Shown here in pieces: positions 28,960 through 39,628 of a stretch of 64,000 nucleotides of DNA (within the stretch, counting starts at the first letter, position 1; each line of letters begins with the position of its first letter). The position numbers were made by a program, and so were the translations under genes. The notes below the pieces were generated by a model. It searched no databases, was not told the DNA's origin, and saw only the letters and a list, made by a program, of their open reading frames with translations. The stretch lies in assembly GCA_963777315.1 (NCBI GenBank), contig CAVZQC010000004.1:32001-96000 (forward strand). Reading direction: 5' to 3'. The stretch comes from Vulcanimicrobiota bacterium (GTDB lineage: Bacteria > Vulcanimicrobiota > Vulcanimicrobiia > Vulcanimicrobiales > Vulcanimicrobiaceae).

Positions 28960-30084
28960 GTGAACGACGGCTTGCTCGCGGATTACGACCGCAACGGCCT
29001 CGCGCTGTGCTGCATAGGCAGTCACTCGGCGCTGGAAGTGGCATACGGAGCACGGGCGCAAGGCCTGCGCAGCCTCATCGTCACCGCGCGCGGCCGCGAA
29101 AAAACGTACGCGAACTATTACGCGCGCAAGAGCGATCCCACGCGCGGCTGCGTCGACGAAACGCTGGAGCTCGAGGCGTTCACCGATCTGCTTTCCGAGC
29201 CGGTCCAAAAGGAACTTCGCAATCGCAATGCGATCTTCGTGGCCAGCCGCTCGTTCGAAGTCTACTTGCACCAGAAGTTCAGCTATGATGAAATCGAGCG
29301 CGGCATGCAGGTTCCGATGTTCGGCAATCGCAGGCTGCTGCGCGCCGAAGAGCGGGACGAGGCCGACAACCAGTATGCGCTTCTGCAGCGTGCCGGAATC
29401 CGGCACCCGCTGCAGTTTGCGTCGCCCGATGCCATCGACCGGCTCGTTATGGTCAAAGCGCCGCACGCGAAGATCAGCTTCGAGCGCGCGTTCTTTTTGT
29501 GCGCTTCGCCCCAAGACTATCGCAGCGTTTCCTCGCGCATGATGCGCGAAGGCATGCTCGATGCCGCCGGCTTAGCCGGCGCAGTCATCGAGGAATATGC
29601 GCTCGGACCGTCGATCAATCTGAATTTTTTTTACGCGCCGATTTCGGGCGAACTCGAGCTGTGCGGTACGGACACGCGACGCCAGACGAACCTCGAAGGG
29701 TTTCGCAACGTGCCGCCCTCGGCGTGGGAGTCGCTGCGCAGCGTTCCAATGCGTCTGGAGGAAGCCGGCCATATACCGGCGACCCTCACCGAATCCATGC
29801 TCGAAAAAGCGTTCGACATGGGCGAGCGCCTCGTGCGCGTTGCGCGCGAGCTCTATCCGCCCGGGATAATCGGACCCTTTGCGCTGCAGTGCATCATCGT
29901 CGCGGGTCCGCCCAAAGAGTTCGTGTGCTACGACGTCTCGCTGCGCATCCCGGGATCGCCGGGAACGCGCTATACGCCGTATTCGGCCTATCGCTGGGGC
30001 CGCGACGTTTCGGTGGGCGAGCGCATCGCAATGGAGATCGTTTTCGCCCGCGATGCCGGCCGGCTGCCCGAGGTGCTCACGTGA
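28960..30084 (+). CDS. purP: Second, divergent PurP-family ATP-grasp protein (DUF1246/DUF1297)
   Basis: IGSHSALEV, RSFEVY, FGNRRLLRAEER, ERAFF, GPFALQ, GERIAMEI. Confidence 0.8.
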   Translation: MNDGLLADYDRNGLALCCIGSHSALEVAYGARAQGLRSLIVTARGREKTYANYYARKSDPTRGCVDETLELEAFTDLLSEPVQKELRNRNAIFVASRSFEVYLHQKFSYDEIERGMQVPMFGNRRLLRAEERDEADNQYALLQRAGIRHPLQFASPDAIDRLVMVKAPHAKISFERAFFLCASPQDYRSVSSRMMREGMLDAAGLAGAVIEEYALGPSINLNFFYAPISGELELCGTDTRRQTNLEGFRNVPPSAWESLRSVPMRLEEAGHIPATLTESMLEKAFDMGERLVRVARELYPPGIIGPFALQCIIVAGPPKEFVCYDVSLRIPGSPGTRYTPYSAYRWGRDVSVGERIAMEIVFARDAGRLPEVLT

Positions 30085-31629
30085 CGTCCCCGGCAACGGT
30101 GTTCATTTTGGACTTCGGCGCGCAGTACAGCCAATTGATCGCGCGGCGAACGCGTGAATCCAACGTCTATTGCGAAATCGTGCCGTACGACACGCCCTGG
30201 CGAACGCTGGCCGAGCGCAGTCCCGCAGCGGTGATTCTCAGCGGCGGTCCCGAAAGCGCACTGGTTCCCGGAGCGCCGCGCATGGACGTCGGCATCCTGC
30301 GCGGCGGCGTGCCGGTTCTCGGCATTTGCTACGGCATGCAGTTGATGGCGCACGAACTGGGAGCGCGTTTGGTCAAGCTGGACCACGCCGAGTACGGCCC
30401 TGCAACGTTGCGCACGGAAAACGCGCAAACCCCGCTGTTCGACGGTATCCCGGCCGAGTCGCGGGTGTGGATGTCGCACGGCGATTCGGTCGTGGAACTG
30501 CCCGCAGGCTTCTCGGCGGCCGGCTCGACCGAGCGATGTGCCGTCGCCGCGATGGCCGACGACCGGCGCAGGATGTACGGCGTGCAGTTTCATCCCGAAG
30601 TCGTCCACACGGATTGCGGTCGCCGGCTGCTGAGCAACTTTCTGCACGGCATTGCCGGCATATCGCCGGATTGGCGAATGGACAACTTCGTCGAAACGGC
30701 CATTAGCGATATCCGGCGCAAGGCCGGAGCCGGCAAAGTGATCTGCGCGCTTTCGGGCGGCGTGGATTCCGCGGTGGCCGCCACGCTGGTCGCGCGCGCC
30801 GTCGGAAAACAGACTCACCTGCATCTTCGTCGACCACGGGCTGCTGCGAAAAGACGAAGCTGCGCGCGTGCTCGAGGCGTTTCGCGACGTGATGCATCTG
30901 GACGTAATCGCGGTGGATGCGCGCGAACGTTTTGTCGGCAAGCTTGCCGGCGTGAGCGATCCCGAACGCAAGCGCATCATCATCGGGCACGAGTTCATCG
31001 CGGTGTTCGAGGAACAAGCGGCACGCATCGCGGGGGTCCGCCATCTCGTGCAAGGCACGCTGTATCCCGACGTCATCGAGTCGAAAACGCCCGAAAGCAA
31101 AGCGGGACACAAGATCAAGTCGCACCACAACGTCGGCGGCCTGCCGGAGACGATGAAGTTGGAACTGATCGAACCGCTGCGCGCGCTGTTCAAGGATGAA
31201 GTGCGCGAGCTGGGTCGAGTACTGGGCCTGCCCGAACACATCGTCGAGCGCCAGCCGTTTCCCGGTCCCGGTTTGGCGGTGCGCATCATCGACTCCGTAA
31301 CGGAGGAGCGGCTCGCAATCGTTCGCGGGGCCGATGCGATAGTGTGCGAAGAGATTGAGAGCGCGCAGCTCGATCCTAAACCCTGGCAGTATTTCGCGGT
31401 GCTGACGCCGGTGAAAAGCGTGGGCGTGATGGGCGACGGTCGCACGTATTCGAATTTGGTCGCCGTGCGAGCCATCACGAGCGAAGACGGTATGACGGCC
31501 GACTGGGCTAGGCTGCCGCACGACCTGCTCGAGCGCATCAGCACGCGCCTGATCAACGAAGTGCCCGGCGTGAACCGAGTAGCCTACGACGTCACGTCCA
31601 AACCGCCGTCGACCGTCGAGTGGGAATAG
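30081..31629 (+). CDS. guaA: GMP synthase (glutamine-hydrolysing) with apparent frameshift at ~30813
   Basis: LDFGAQY, GICYGMQ, QFHPEV, SGGVDS, then next frame [35 protein letters not shown]. Confidence 0.95.
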
Positions 31630-31633
31630 CGCC

Positions 31634-32902
31634 GTGAGGATTCTCGTCGTCGGCAGCGGCGCGCGCGAGGACGCATTGTCGTGGCGGCTGGCGGCTTCGC
31701 CGTCGTGCGATGCGATTTTCGCGGCTCCCGGAAACGCCGGCACGGCTGCGCGCGGGCAGAACTGGAACCTGAGCGCCACAGACGGCAAAGCGATCGTGGA
31801 TCGCTGCCGCAGCGAACGCATCGACCTCGTGGTTCTGGGGCCGGAATCGTCGATCGCGTCCGGCGTGGGCGATCGCCTGCGTGAGGCTCGGATTGCAACG
31901 TTCGGCCCAAACCGCTCGGGTGGCCGGCTTGAATCCAGCAAAGTCTTTTCCAAGCGTTTCATGGAGCGGCACGCCGTTCCCACCGCGCGCGCCGTCATCG
32001 TCCATTCGCTCGACGGCGCGCTCAAAGCGCTCGCGAGCTGGCAAGGCGCGTGCGTGGTAAAGGCCGATGGACTTGCTTCGGGCAAAGGCGTGATCGTCTC
32101 GCCCGATGCTCGCGCGGCGCAAGAGGTGCTGCGCGGCTGGTACGGCCGGGACGGTGTTCCCGGCGGCGGAAGCGACGTGCTGCTCGAAGAGAAACTCGAG
32201 GGACGCGAGCTCAGCGTGTTTGCGATCTGCGATGGGCGCGCGATGTATCCCATTGCGTCCGCATGCGACTACAAACGCGCCGGCGACGGCGATACCGGAC
32301 CGAACACGGGCGGGATGGGGGCGTATTCACCGCCGGTCGGCTTTGCGGCCGATCTCGACGATCGCGTGCGCGAACGGATCGTTGCGCCGGTGCTGCGCGG
32401 ACTGCTGGCCGAAGGCGAGCAGTACATCGGTGTGCTGTATTGCGGCTTGATGTCGACGGCGAACGGTCCCTACGTCATCGAATTCAACGTGCGGTTCGGC
32501 GATCCGGAAACGCAAGCGCTGATGCCGCGCGTTACGGGCGATTTTGCCCAGTTGCTCAAATCCGCGGCTGACGGCGCAGTCGATCTCGGCGCGGCGGCAT
32601 TCAGCTCGCGTGCCTGCGTGAGCGTCGTGCTCGCCGGCGACGATTATCCGCGTGCCGCCACGCCGATACGCGGGTTACCCGCGAGCGTGCAGCCGGGACC
32701 GGACGCGAACGTTTTTTGGGGCGGCTCGAAGGTGGAACCCGACGGCACGATCGCATCGAGCGGCGGCCGCGTGCTCACCGTGTCGGGGCTGGGAGATACT
32801 GTGGAAACGGCGCGCGCACGCGCATACGAAGCGGTCCGGGCGCTCGCGAGCGAATTCTCTACCCGCCGGCTGACGTACCGTACCGATATCGGCAGCTTAT
32901 AA
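31634..32902 (+). CDS. purD: Phosphoribosylamine--glycine ligase
   Basis: GSGARE, APGNAG, LESSK, KADGLASGKGV, GPNTGGMG, EFNVRFGDPE, YRTDI. Confidence 0.95.
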   Translation: MRILVVGSGAREDALSWRLAASPSCDAIFAAPGNAGTAARGQNWNLSATDGKAIVDRCRSERIDLVVLGPESSIASGVGDRLREARIATFGPNRSGGRLESSKVFSKRFMERHAVPTARAVIVHSLDGALKALASWQGACVVKADGLASGKGVIVSPDARAAQEVLRGWYGRDGVPGGGSDVLLEEKLEGRELSVFAICDGRAMYPIASACDYKRAGDGDTGPNTGGMGAYSPPVGFAADLDDRVRERIVAPVLRGLLAEGEQYIGVLYCGLMSTANGPYVIEFNVRFGDPETQALMPRVTGDFAQLLKSAADGAVDLGAAAFSSRACVSVVLAGDDYPRAATPIRGLPASVQPGPDANVFWGGSKVEPDGTIASSGGRVLTVSGLGDTVETARARAYEAVRALASEFSTRRLTYRTDIGSL

Positions 32903-33112
32903 CGCGTCGCCGTACCGTTCGCGCACCATGCGCACGTATTCATCGGCGTAAAATTGTAATGCCTTGTCGGGCAGCGCGCCGAGTCCCTCGCTCGATACGA
33001 TCCGACGCACGCGCCGCAGCGCGTGTTCGTGCGTCACCGAGCCGTTCTCGTTTGCCGCCGTCTGCTTGAGCGCCGTCCAAATGCGTTCCGCAGGTTGATC
33101 GCCTGTCATCAC
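32897..33112 (-). CDS. Small hypothetical protein
   Basis: 71 aa; TAAGCT sits 6 nt before the GTG (leaderless pattern). Confidence 0.55.
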   Translation of the reverse strand: MMTGDQPAERIWTALKQTAANENGSVTHEHALRRVRRIVSSEGLGALPDKALQFYADEYVRMVRERYGDAL

Positions 33113-33259
33113 GCCTGCAGCTTAACGCCGCGGGACCGGCGCGCAGTATACTTAAAAGGGAGTACGGGACGGGGGGCTCGGCGGCTCCATGGAGGGCCAT
33201 CGCGGCGGCGGCCCCTTGCGTCGAAACTTCACGGCACTGCGGCGGTTATAGAGAACCAA

Positions 33260-33928
33260 ATGGCTATGCGCTTCCAAGCACCGCCCGGCGCCTACGGCTA
33301 TGCGCCCGCGGTTTCCGTCCAAACGCTGCTCGGGCAAGTGCTCGGCATTACTGCCGTCGGCTTGCTCATTACCGCCGTTGCAGCATATCTGTTCCAGGGA
33401 ATCAGCTACGGCGCCGGCCTATTGGCCATGATCGTGGGTTTTTTGGTGCTCATCGCGATCAATGCGGCGCGCGCCAACGAAGCGCTTTCGCTCGCGCTGT
33501 TTTACGCATTTGCCGCCCTCGAGGGCGTGGGAATCGCGCCGACCATCCATTACTACATGGCCAACGTCGGCAGCGGCGTGGTGGTCGACGCAGCGGCGAC
33601 CACGGGTCTTGGCATGCTGGCCCTGGGCTGCGTCGTCTACATGACGGGCTTGGACCTGCGGCGTTTTCAGGGCTACTTTTTCTTGGCGCTCATCGGTCTG
33701 GTACTGGCCGGAATCGTCTCCGCCTTCACGCACTGGATCCATCCCACGACGTACTCGTGGCTGACGCTGATCGTCTTTAGCGGTTTGGTTCTCATCGACT
33801 TCGCCCGCATCCGCGCGGGTGGATCCGGATTCACTCCCGTTCAGCTCGCCGTTCAAATCTATTTGGACGCGATCAACATCTTCTTGGCGCTGCTGCAACT
33901 ATTCGGCTCGCGACGCAGCGAGGACTGA
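33260..33928 (+). CDS. Bax inhibitor-1/YccA family membrane protein
   Basis: About seven TM helices; C-terminal AVQIYLDAINIFLALLQL. Confidence 0.9.
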   Translation: MAMRFQAPPGAYGYAPAVSVQTLLGQVLGITAVGLLITAVAAYLFQGISYGAGLLAMIVGFLVLIAINAARANEALSLALFYAFAALEGVGIAPTIHYYMANVGSGVVVDAAATTGLGMLALGCVVYMTGLDLRRFQGYFFLALIGLVLAGIVSAFTHWIHPTTYSWLTLIVFSGLVLIDFARIRAGGSGFTPVQLAVQIYLDAINIFLALLQLFGSRRSED

Positions 33929-33975
33929 ATGTCGCTGCCGGAACGCTCCGGGCAGTGTTAGAATAGGGCATCCTC

Positions 33976-35337
33976 ATGTGCGGCGTTACGGGAATCTACG
34001 CACCGAACCATGACGCCGCGCGTCTGGCGTTCTTTGCGCTGTATGCCCTGCAGCATCGCGGTCAAGAGTCTGCCGGCATCGCGGCTGCCGACGGAGGCAC
34101 GATTCACTGGCATAAGGACATGGGGCTCATCGGCGCCATTTTCGACGAAGAGATCTTGAGCCGGCTGAGCGGATATATTGCCGTGGGGCATACGCGCTAC
34201 TCGACCACCGGTTCGTCGATCGTCGTCAACGCTCAGCCGCTGCTCGAACGTACCGAGCTCGGCGATTTCGCGTTCGCGCACAACGGCAACATCACCAACA
34301 CCGACGAGCTGCGGGAAACGCTTTCGCCGGCCGTCACGCTGCAAGCGACGTCGGACTCCGAAGTCATGGCCAAAGTCCTGGTAGAGTCCGAAGGGACGAT
34401 GCTCGAACGCATTGCATCCGTGCTGCGCAAAGCGCGCGGCGCATACTCGGTCGTGCTCTGCACCAAAGACGAGCTGTACGCATTCCGCGACCCGTGGGGC
34501 GTGCGCCCCTTGTGTATCGGCAGGTACGGGGCCGGCTGGGCCGTCGCGTCCGAATCGTGCGCGTTGTCGACGATTGGAGCGACCTACGAACGCGAGATCG
34601 AGCCTGGCGAGATCGTGCGCGTTCACGCGGGCGGCATCGAATCGATCAGAGTCAGGGTCGAAGAGCCGCCGGCGCTGTGCATGTTCGAGTACATCTATTT
34701 CGCTCGGCCCGACTCCAAACTCAAAGACCAATCGATCTACATGGCTCGCTATCGCATGGGACAGCGGCTTGCGCGCGAGTATCCCGTGGACGCCGACGTC
34801 GTCATCGCCGTTCCCGATTCGGCCGTACCGGGCGGCATCGGCTATGCCGCGCAAGCCGGCCTGCCGTACATCGAAGGTTTGATCAAGAACCGGTACATCG
34901 GCCGGACCTTCATCAGCCCCGACCAGCGCATGCGCAATCGCGGCGTGCAGCTCAAATTCAATCCGATCGTCGAGAATTTGAGCGGTCAGCGCATCGTGGT
35001 CGTGGACGATTCGATCGTTCGGGGCACGACGACGCCGCGGATCGTCGCGCTGCTGCGCGAGGCGGGCGCCAAGGAGGTCCACGTCCGCGTTACGTCGCCG
35101 CCGATCAAGCATCCGTGCTATTTAGGCGTCGACATGGCGTCCTACGACGAACTGATCGCCGCAAATTACACGGTCGAAGAAATTCGCGGAAAAATCGGCG
35201 CCGACTCGCTGGGATATTTGAGCCTGGAAGGTTTGATCGAATCGACCGGCCGCGACGCGGGCGAGATGTGCTTGGGCTGCCTGACCGGCGCGTATCCCAA
35301 CGTTCCGGCGGCGCACAAATCGCGTGCGTTAGTTTAG
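33976..35337 (+). CDS. purF: Amidophosphoribosyltransferase
   Basis: N-terminal MCG, LQHRGQE, GHTRYST, AHNGN, FEYIYFARPDS, VDDSIVRGTT. Confidence 0.97.
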   Translation: MCGVTGIYAPNHDAARLAFFALYALQHRGQESAGIAAADGGTIHWHKDMGLIGAIFDEEILSRLSGYIAVGHTRYSTTGSSIVVNAQPLLERTELGDFAFAHNGNITNTDELRETLSPAVTLQATSDSEVMAKVLVESEGTMLERIASVLRKARGAYSVVLCTKDELYAFRDPWGVRPLCIGRYGAGWAVASESCALSTIGATYEREIEPGEIVRVHAGGIESIRVRVEEPPALCMFEYIYFARPDSKLKDQSIYMARYRMGQRLAREYPVDADVVIAVPDSAVPGGIGYAAQAGLPYIEGLIKNRYIGRTFISPDQRMRNRGVQLKFNPIVENLSGQRIVVVDDSIVRGTTTPRIVALLREAGAKEVHVRVTSPPIKHPCYLGVDMASYDELIAANYTVEEIRGKIGADSLGYLSLEGLIESTGRDAGEMCLGCLTGAYPNVPAAHKSRALV

Positions 35338-35362
35338 CCGAGATCGCGGGCAACAGCTCGCC

Positions 35363-37030
35363 GTGGTCGATGCAGTAAAAATCCGAATCGGCGCAACGGG
35401 CGAGCGAAGGCGCTGGTGGGCGCTGGGCAACGCCTGTATCTCGGTCCTCATGGCGTTGCTCGACGTGACCATCGTCAACGTCGCGCTTCCCACTCTGCAG
35501 CGAGATTTGAACGCGCGGTTCGATCAGCTCGAGTGGATCGTGAACGCATACGCGCTTGCGCTTGCCGTCGTACTCGTGACCGGAGGCCGCCTGAGCGATA
35601 TGTTCGGACGGCGCCTGTTTCTCATCATCGGCCTTTGCATTTTTACGCTCGGTTCGGTGCTGGCCGGACTGTCCGGGGTGTTTTCCTTCGGCTTCATTCC
35701 GAAAATCGATGCGTTGCTGGGAGCGCGCGTCATTCAAGGAGCGGGATCCGCCATCATGCTGCCGGTATCGCTTGCCATCGTATCGCAGGCATTCGAAGGC
35801 CGCAGCAAAGGAGTCGCGATCGGATTGTGGGGCGCCATGAGCGGCCTTGGACTCGCAGCCGGGCCGCTGGTAGGCGGATTACTGATTTCGCGCTTCGGAT
35901 GGCCTTCGATTTTCTTTTTGAATGTGCCGATCGGCATCGCATCGATTCTGCTCAGCTTGCTGACGATCGACGAAAGCCGCGACGAGCATGCGGGCAGCGC
36001 CGTCGACTGGTGGGGAACGCTCGCGCTCTCAACGGCAATCTTTATGCTGGTATGGGGCCTGATCCGGCTCGACGCCATACAAGGCCGCTCGATTGCCGAT
36101 ATCGCATGGCCGTTTGCCGTTGCGGCCGCGTCGTTTGCCGTTCTGGTGTGGGTCGAACTGCGCATCGAACAGCCCATGATCGATTTCAATCTTTTTCGCA
36201 ACCGAAGCTTCACGGGCGACGCACTGGCCGTTTTCTCGCTTTCGGCGGCGCTGGTCGCATTTATATTCTTCCTGACGCTGTATCTGCAGAACGCGCTCGG
36301 CTTCGATCCGCTGCAGACCGGCATTCGCCTGTTGCCCATGACCGTGCTCGTGGGAATCTGCGCCCCGATCGCAGGCCGGTTCACCGACGCCGTCGGTCCG
36401 CGCTGGATCATCACGTGCGGACTTGCGCTGGCGGCGGTGGGCGCCTATCTGGCAACGCGCATTACTCCGGCGGACACCCAAGCGCAGTGGAGCGTGCTCG
36501 TTCCCACGTTCGTGTTGCTCGGCATTGGCTTGGGCGCCGCGAACGCGCCGATCAATACGGTGGCGGTCGGAACGGTAGACGAAGGCAGAGCAGGCCTTGC
36601 GTCGGGGGTGATCAACGTCTGCCGGCAAATCGGAACCGCTTTCGGTATCGCGTTTCTCGGACTTTTTCTGACCAATCATTACGACGCGGCCGTCGCACGG
36701 ACCATTGCGCACGTTCGCGCGCCGCAGCTGGACGCGCAGCGCAGGACGCATTTGACCGGCGCTATCGTCAAAGCGGGGCCGCAAGCAGGGAGTGCGGGTC
36801 TCGCGCAAGCGCCGCGCCGCCTCAAGCAGCTGCCGCTGTTTCCGCAAATATCGAAGGCGACGCGCGCAGCCTGGATCGAGAGCTTTGCCCTCACGATGAA
36901 GATTTCAGCCGCCCTGGTCTTGGCCGGCGCATGCGCTGCGGCGCTGCTGATCAGGCGCGAAGACTTGCGCTCGACTGCGAACGGCGATCAGGATTCCGGG
37001 AAGCGCCGCAAACGTACGTCATCGGCGTAG
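35363..37030 (+). CDS. DHA2-family MFS efflux transporter
   Basis: LDVTIVNVALP, GRLSDMFGRR, WPSIFFLNVPIG. Confidence 0.9.
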   Translation: MVDAVKIRIGATGERRRWWALGNACISVLMALLDVTIVNVALPTLQRDLNARFDQLEWIVNAYALALAVVLVTGGRLSDMFGRRLFLIIGLCIFTLGSVLAGLSGVFSFGFIPKIDALLGARVIQGAGSAIMLPVSLAIVSQAFEGRSKGVAIGLWGAMSGLGLAAGPLVGGLLISRFGWPSIFFLNVPIGIASILLSLLTIDESRDEHAGSAVDWWGTLALSTAIFMLVWGLIRLDAIQGRSIADIAWPFAVAAASFAVLVWVELRIEQPMIDFNLFRNRSFTGDALAVFSLSAALVAFIFFLTLYLQNALGFDPLQTGIRLLPMTVLVGICAPIAGRFTDAVGPRWIITCGLALAAVGAYLATRITPADTQAQWSVLVPTFVLLGIGLGAANAPINTVAVGTVDEGRAGLASGVINVCRQIGTAFGIAFLGLFLTNHYDAAVARTIAHVRAPQLDAQRRTHLTGAIVKAGPQAGSAGLAQAPRRLKQLPLFPQISKATRAAWIESFALTMKISAALVLAGACAAALLIRREDLRSTANGDQDSGKRRKRTSSA

Positions 37031-37764
37031 GCGCGCAGCGCATCGGTGACCGCGTCGCCGATTTGGGCGTAGCGCTTGACGAATGCAGGCGCGTTCGGGT
37101 ACATGCCCAGGAGGTCGTACAGCACCAGGACTTGCGAGTCGCAATTCGGCCCAGCGCCGATTCCGATGGTTGGAATTCCGACTGTTTGGGTGATCTCGCG
37201 TGCGGCCTCATGGTCGACCACTTCAAGAACGACGGCATACGCGCCGGCGCTTTCAACCGCTTGCGCATCCGCGAGCAGCGTTTCGCGATCGCTGCGCATT
37301 TTGTAGCCCGGGCCCAAGCCCGCGGTCTGCGGCGTGACGCCGATGTGCCCCACGACAGGGATGCCGGCGCCGGTGATTGCGCGAATGCGTTCCGCGGCGC
37401 GCTCGCCTCCCTCGATCTTCACCGAGCATGCTCCGCCTTCTTTGACCAGCCGAATCGCGCTCCGAACGGCGTCTTCGTTGCAGGCTTGGTACGAACCAAA
37501 CGGCATGTCGACGACGATGTGCGCGTGCTGCGTTCCGCGGCACACGGCGCGCGCATGATGAATCATATCGTCGAGCGTGACGGGCATGGTTTCGTCGTAA
37601 CCGAGCACGACGTTTCCTACGCTGTCGCCCACGAGGATGACGTCGATGCCGGCCGCTTCAACGAACCCGGCGAACGGGGCATCGTAGGCGGTGACGACCG
37701 CGAACGGCTCGCGCCCCTTTCGGCGCCCAACGCTTGCCGCGGTGATGCGGCGCGAAAGAGTCAT
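36988..37764 (-). CDS. panB: 3-methyl-2-oxobutanoate hydroxymethyltransferase
   Basis: TAYD, LVGDS, DMPFGSY, VKIEGG, GHIG, IGIGAG. Confidence 0.95.
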   Translation of the reverse strand: MTLSRRITAASVGRRKGREPFAVVTAYDAPFAGFVEAAGIDVILVGDSVGNVVLGYDETMPVTLDDMIHHARAVCRGTQHAHIVVDMPFGSYQACNEDAVRSAIRLVKEGGACSVKIEGGERAAERIRAITGAGIPVVGHIGVTPQTAGLGPGYKMRSDRETLLADAQAVESAGAYAVVLEVVDHEAAREITQTVGIPTIGIGAGPNCDSQVLVLYDLLGMYPNAPAFVKRYAQIGDAVTDALRAYADDVRLRRFPES

Positions 37765-37845
37765 GGCGTGGTGTCCATAATGGCCTTTGCGAGTTGGCTA
37801 CGCACGGCTTTCCTCCTCGGGTTCATCCCGTGACGGTCGCGCGCC

Positions 37846-38532
37846 TTATGCCGCATCGTGAAAGATGATGCCGAGCGTGCGCCGATGCCCCCAATGCACC
37901 GTGCTCACGCCGTGCCGCAGCGTCACGCGATAGCTGCCCCGCGTTCCCTGCACGGGGCGCTGATGCGCTGCGAATACGACGGCCTCGCCGCGTCGGAGCG
38001 GTACCACGTGAGCGCGCGACTGCATGCGCGGCCGCTGCTCGGTCATCACGAATTCGCCGCCGGAAAAATCTTCGCCGGGTTGCGAGAGCATGATCGTGAG
38101 CTGCAGCGGAAAAACGTGCTTGCCGTACAGATCCTGGTGCAGAGCGTTGAAGTCACCCTGACCGTACGAAAGCAGCAGCGGCGTCGGACGCGTTTGGCCG
38201 GCGTTATGGCAGCGTTCTAAAAACTCCGCGAGCGTTTGCGGGTACCGGACCGATACCCCCATCGCTTCGTTCCAGCGATTGGCGATGGGAACCAAATGCG
38301 GGTAAATCGACGTTCGCAGCCGGTCGACCTCGCGGGGCAGCGGATATGCAAAGTACCGGTACTCGCCCGACCCGAAACCGTGGCGCGCCATCACCACGCG
38401 GCTGCGAAAGACAGCATCGTTTTCGTATAGCGAAGCCAGAGCTGTGCAGTGCTGCGGGCTGAGCACGTGGTCGATCGTCGCCCAGCCCGCGGCGTCCAGC
38501 TCGATCGACACGCGCGGCCAGTCATGCGTCAT
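37846..38532 (-). CDS. 2OG-Fe(II) oxygenase (DUF2086-like)
   Basis: HQD...H facial triad, GGEFVMTEQRPRMQSR, RHGVS, GIIFHDA. Confidence 0.85.
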   Translation of the reverse strand: MTHDWPRVSIELDAAGWATIDHVLSPQHCTALASLYENDAVFRSRVVMARHGFGSGEYRYFAYPLPREVDRLRTSIYPHLVPIANRWNEAMGVSVRYPQTLAEFLERCHNAGQTRPTPLLLSYGQGDFNALHQDLYGKHVFPLQLTIMLSQPGEDFSGGEFVMTEQRPRMQSRAHVVPLRRGEAVVFAAHQRPVQGTRGSYRVTLRHGVSTVHWGHRRTLGIIFHDAA

Positions 38533-38999
38533 CGCTGTCCGGTAGCCGGCCGCGGCTGGTACGTTCCCGGCACCGATCGAAAACTGATCGCCATTCGGTT
38601 CCAGCCGTTGATCGCTATCACGGCCAGCGTGAGCATAACGAGCTCCGCTTGCGAAAACCGCTCGAGCGCCTGCGAGTAAAGATCGTCTGAAACGCCGGTA
38701 TCGGCGATGCAGGTCACTGCCTCGGCCCATGCCAGCGCAACCCGTTCACGGTCGCTGAAAAAAGGCGCTTCGCGCCATGCCGACAGCGCGTAAAGCCGCT
38801 GCTCGCTCTCTCCTGATGCGCGCGCGTCCTTGCTGTGCATGTCGATGCAGTACGCACAGCCGTTGATCTGGCTCACGCGCATGCGGACCAGTTCCAAAAG
38901 CGGCGCTTCAAGGCCGCTGCGGCGCACCGTCCGCTCCAGTTCCCGCATTGCTTGGGTCGCTTCGGGCTGGGCGGCAGCATAGTCCAATCGTTGTTGCAT
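38529..38999 (-). CDS. Carboxymuconolactone decarboxylase / AhpD-family protein
   Basis: ELVRMRVSQINGCAYCIDMH, INGWNR. Confidence 0.9.
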   Translation of the reverse strand: MQQRLDYAAAQPEATQAMRELERTVRRSGLEAPLLELVRMRVSQINGCAYCIDMHSKDARASGESEQRLYALSAWREAPFFSDRERVALAWAEAVTCIADTGVSDDLYSQALERFSQAELVMLTLAVIAINGWNRMAISFRSVPGTYQPRPATGQR

Positions 39000-39071
39000 C
39001 TGATTCACCTCGTGCCGGCACGTCGAGTTCTCACTGCGTTCCCAAGAAGGTTGCGGTTCCAACGCTACGCT

Positions 39072-39092
39072 GGTGCAGGGTGCAGGGTGCAG
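39072..39092 (+). repeat. Three tandem GGTGCAG heptamers upstream of the heme-copper operon
   Basis: GGTGCAG x3, directly before TATCGT (39094-39099). Confidence 0.75.
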
Positions 39093-39118
39093 GTATCGTG
39101 TCGTTGTAGGAGTTTGCG

Positions 39119-39628
39119 ATGTCCGGACTGTTGATATTGGAGCTGTTCCTGATCATCGCAGCCGCAGCGATCGCCGTGATGATCTTCGTTGCGCTGTATG
39201 GAGCGAACCGGCCCGCGCCTCAAGGCGTCGTTTCGGCCAAGGGATACGCTATCCGGCGATATTGGTTCTGGACGGTGCTGGTCGTGGCGGTGGCCGGGTT
39301 CATCGTTACGATTCCGCGCTTTCCGTACGGAACCGCTCGCACGATAGGGCGCCACTATGCCGTAATCGCGCAGCAATACAGCTTCGCGCTTCCGCCTAGC
39401 GTGCCCGCCGATACACCGGTCGTTTTTGACGTCACTTCGCGCGATGTCAATCACGGTTTTGCGATCTACGATCCGCAAGGGCGGTTGGTCGGACAAGTCC
39501 AGGCAATGCCCAGCTACGTCAATCATCTGCCGTTTCGGTTTCACGCGCGCGGCCGCTACACCGTGCGGTGCCTTGAGTATTGCGGTATCGCCCATGCCGC
39601 AATGGAAGGAGGTTTCCAAGTCCGATGA
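39119..39628 (+). CDS. Heme-copper oxidoreductase subunit II (CuA)
   Basis: Two TMs; DVNHGF and CLEYCGIAHAAM CuA ligands. Confidence 0.9.
   Translation: MSGLLILELFLIIAAAAIAVMIFVALYGANRPAPQGVVSAKGYAIRRYWFWTVLVVAVAGFIVTIPRFPYGTARTIGRHYAVIAQQYSFALPPSVPADTPVVFDVTSRDVNHGFAIYDPQGRLVGQVQAMPSYVNHLPFRFHARGRYTVRCLEYCGIAHAAMEGGFQVR

Noticed and set aside
26087..29053. 988-aa MmsA::PreT fusion in the ORF track
   Set aside because: Produced by a one-base insertion at ~27540; the conserved MmsA C terminus is in another frame and ends at a GTGA overlap with preT
30081..31629. Naturally split or pseudogenised guaA, or programmed frameshifting
   Set aside because: The break falls inside the synthetase domain, not at the domain boundary; no slippery site; matches other probable consensus errors
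33153..33259. GC-rich leader of the YccA-family gene as a purine-related riboswitch
   Set aside because: Can form a loose hairpin, but I recognise no purine, ZTP or PRPP riboswitch consensus
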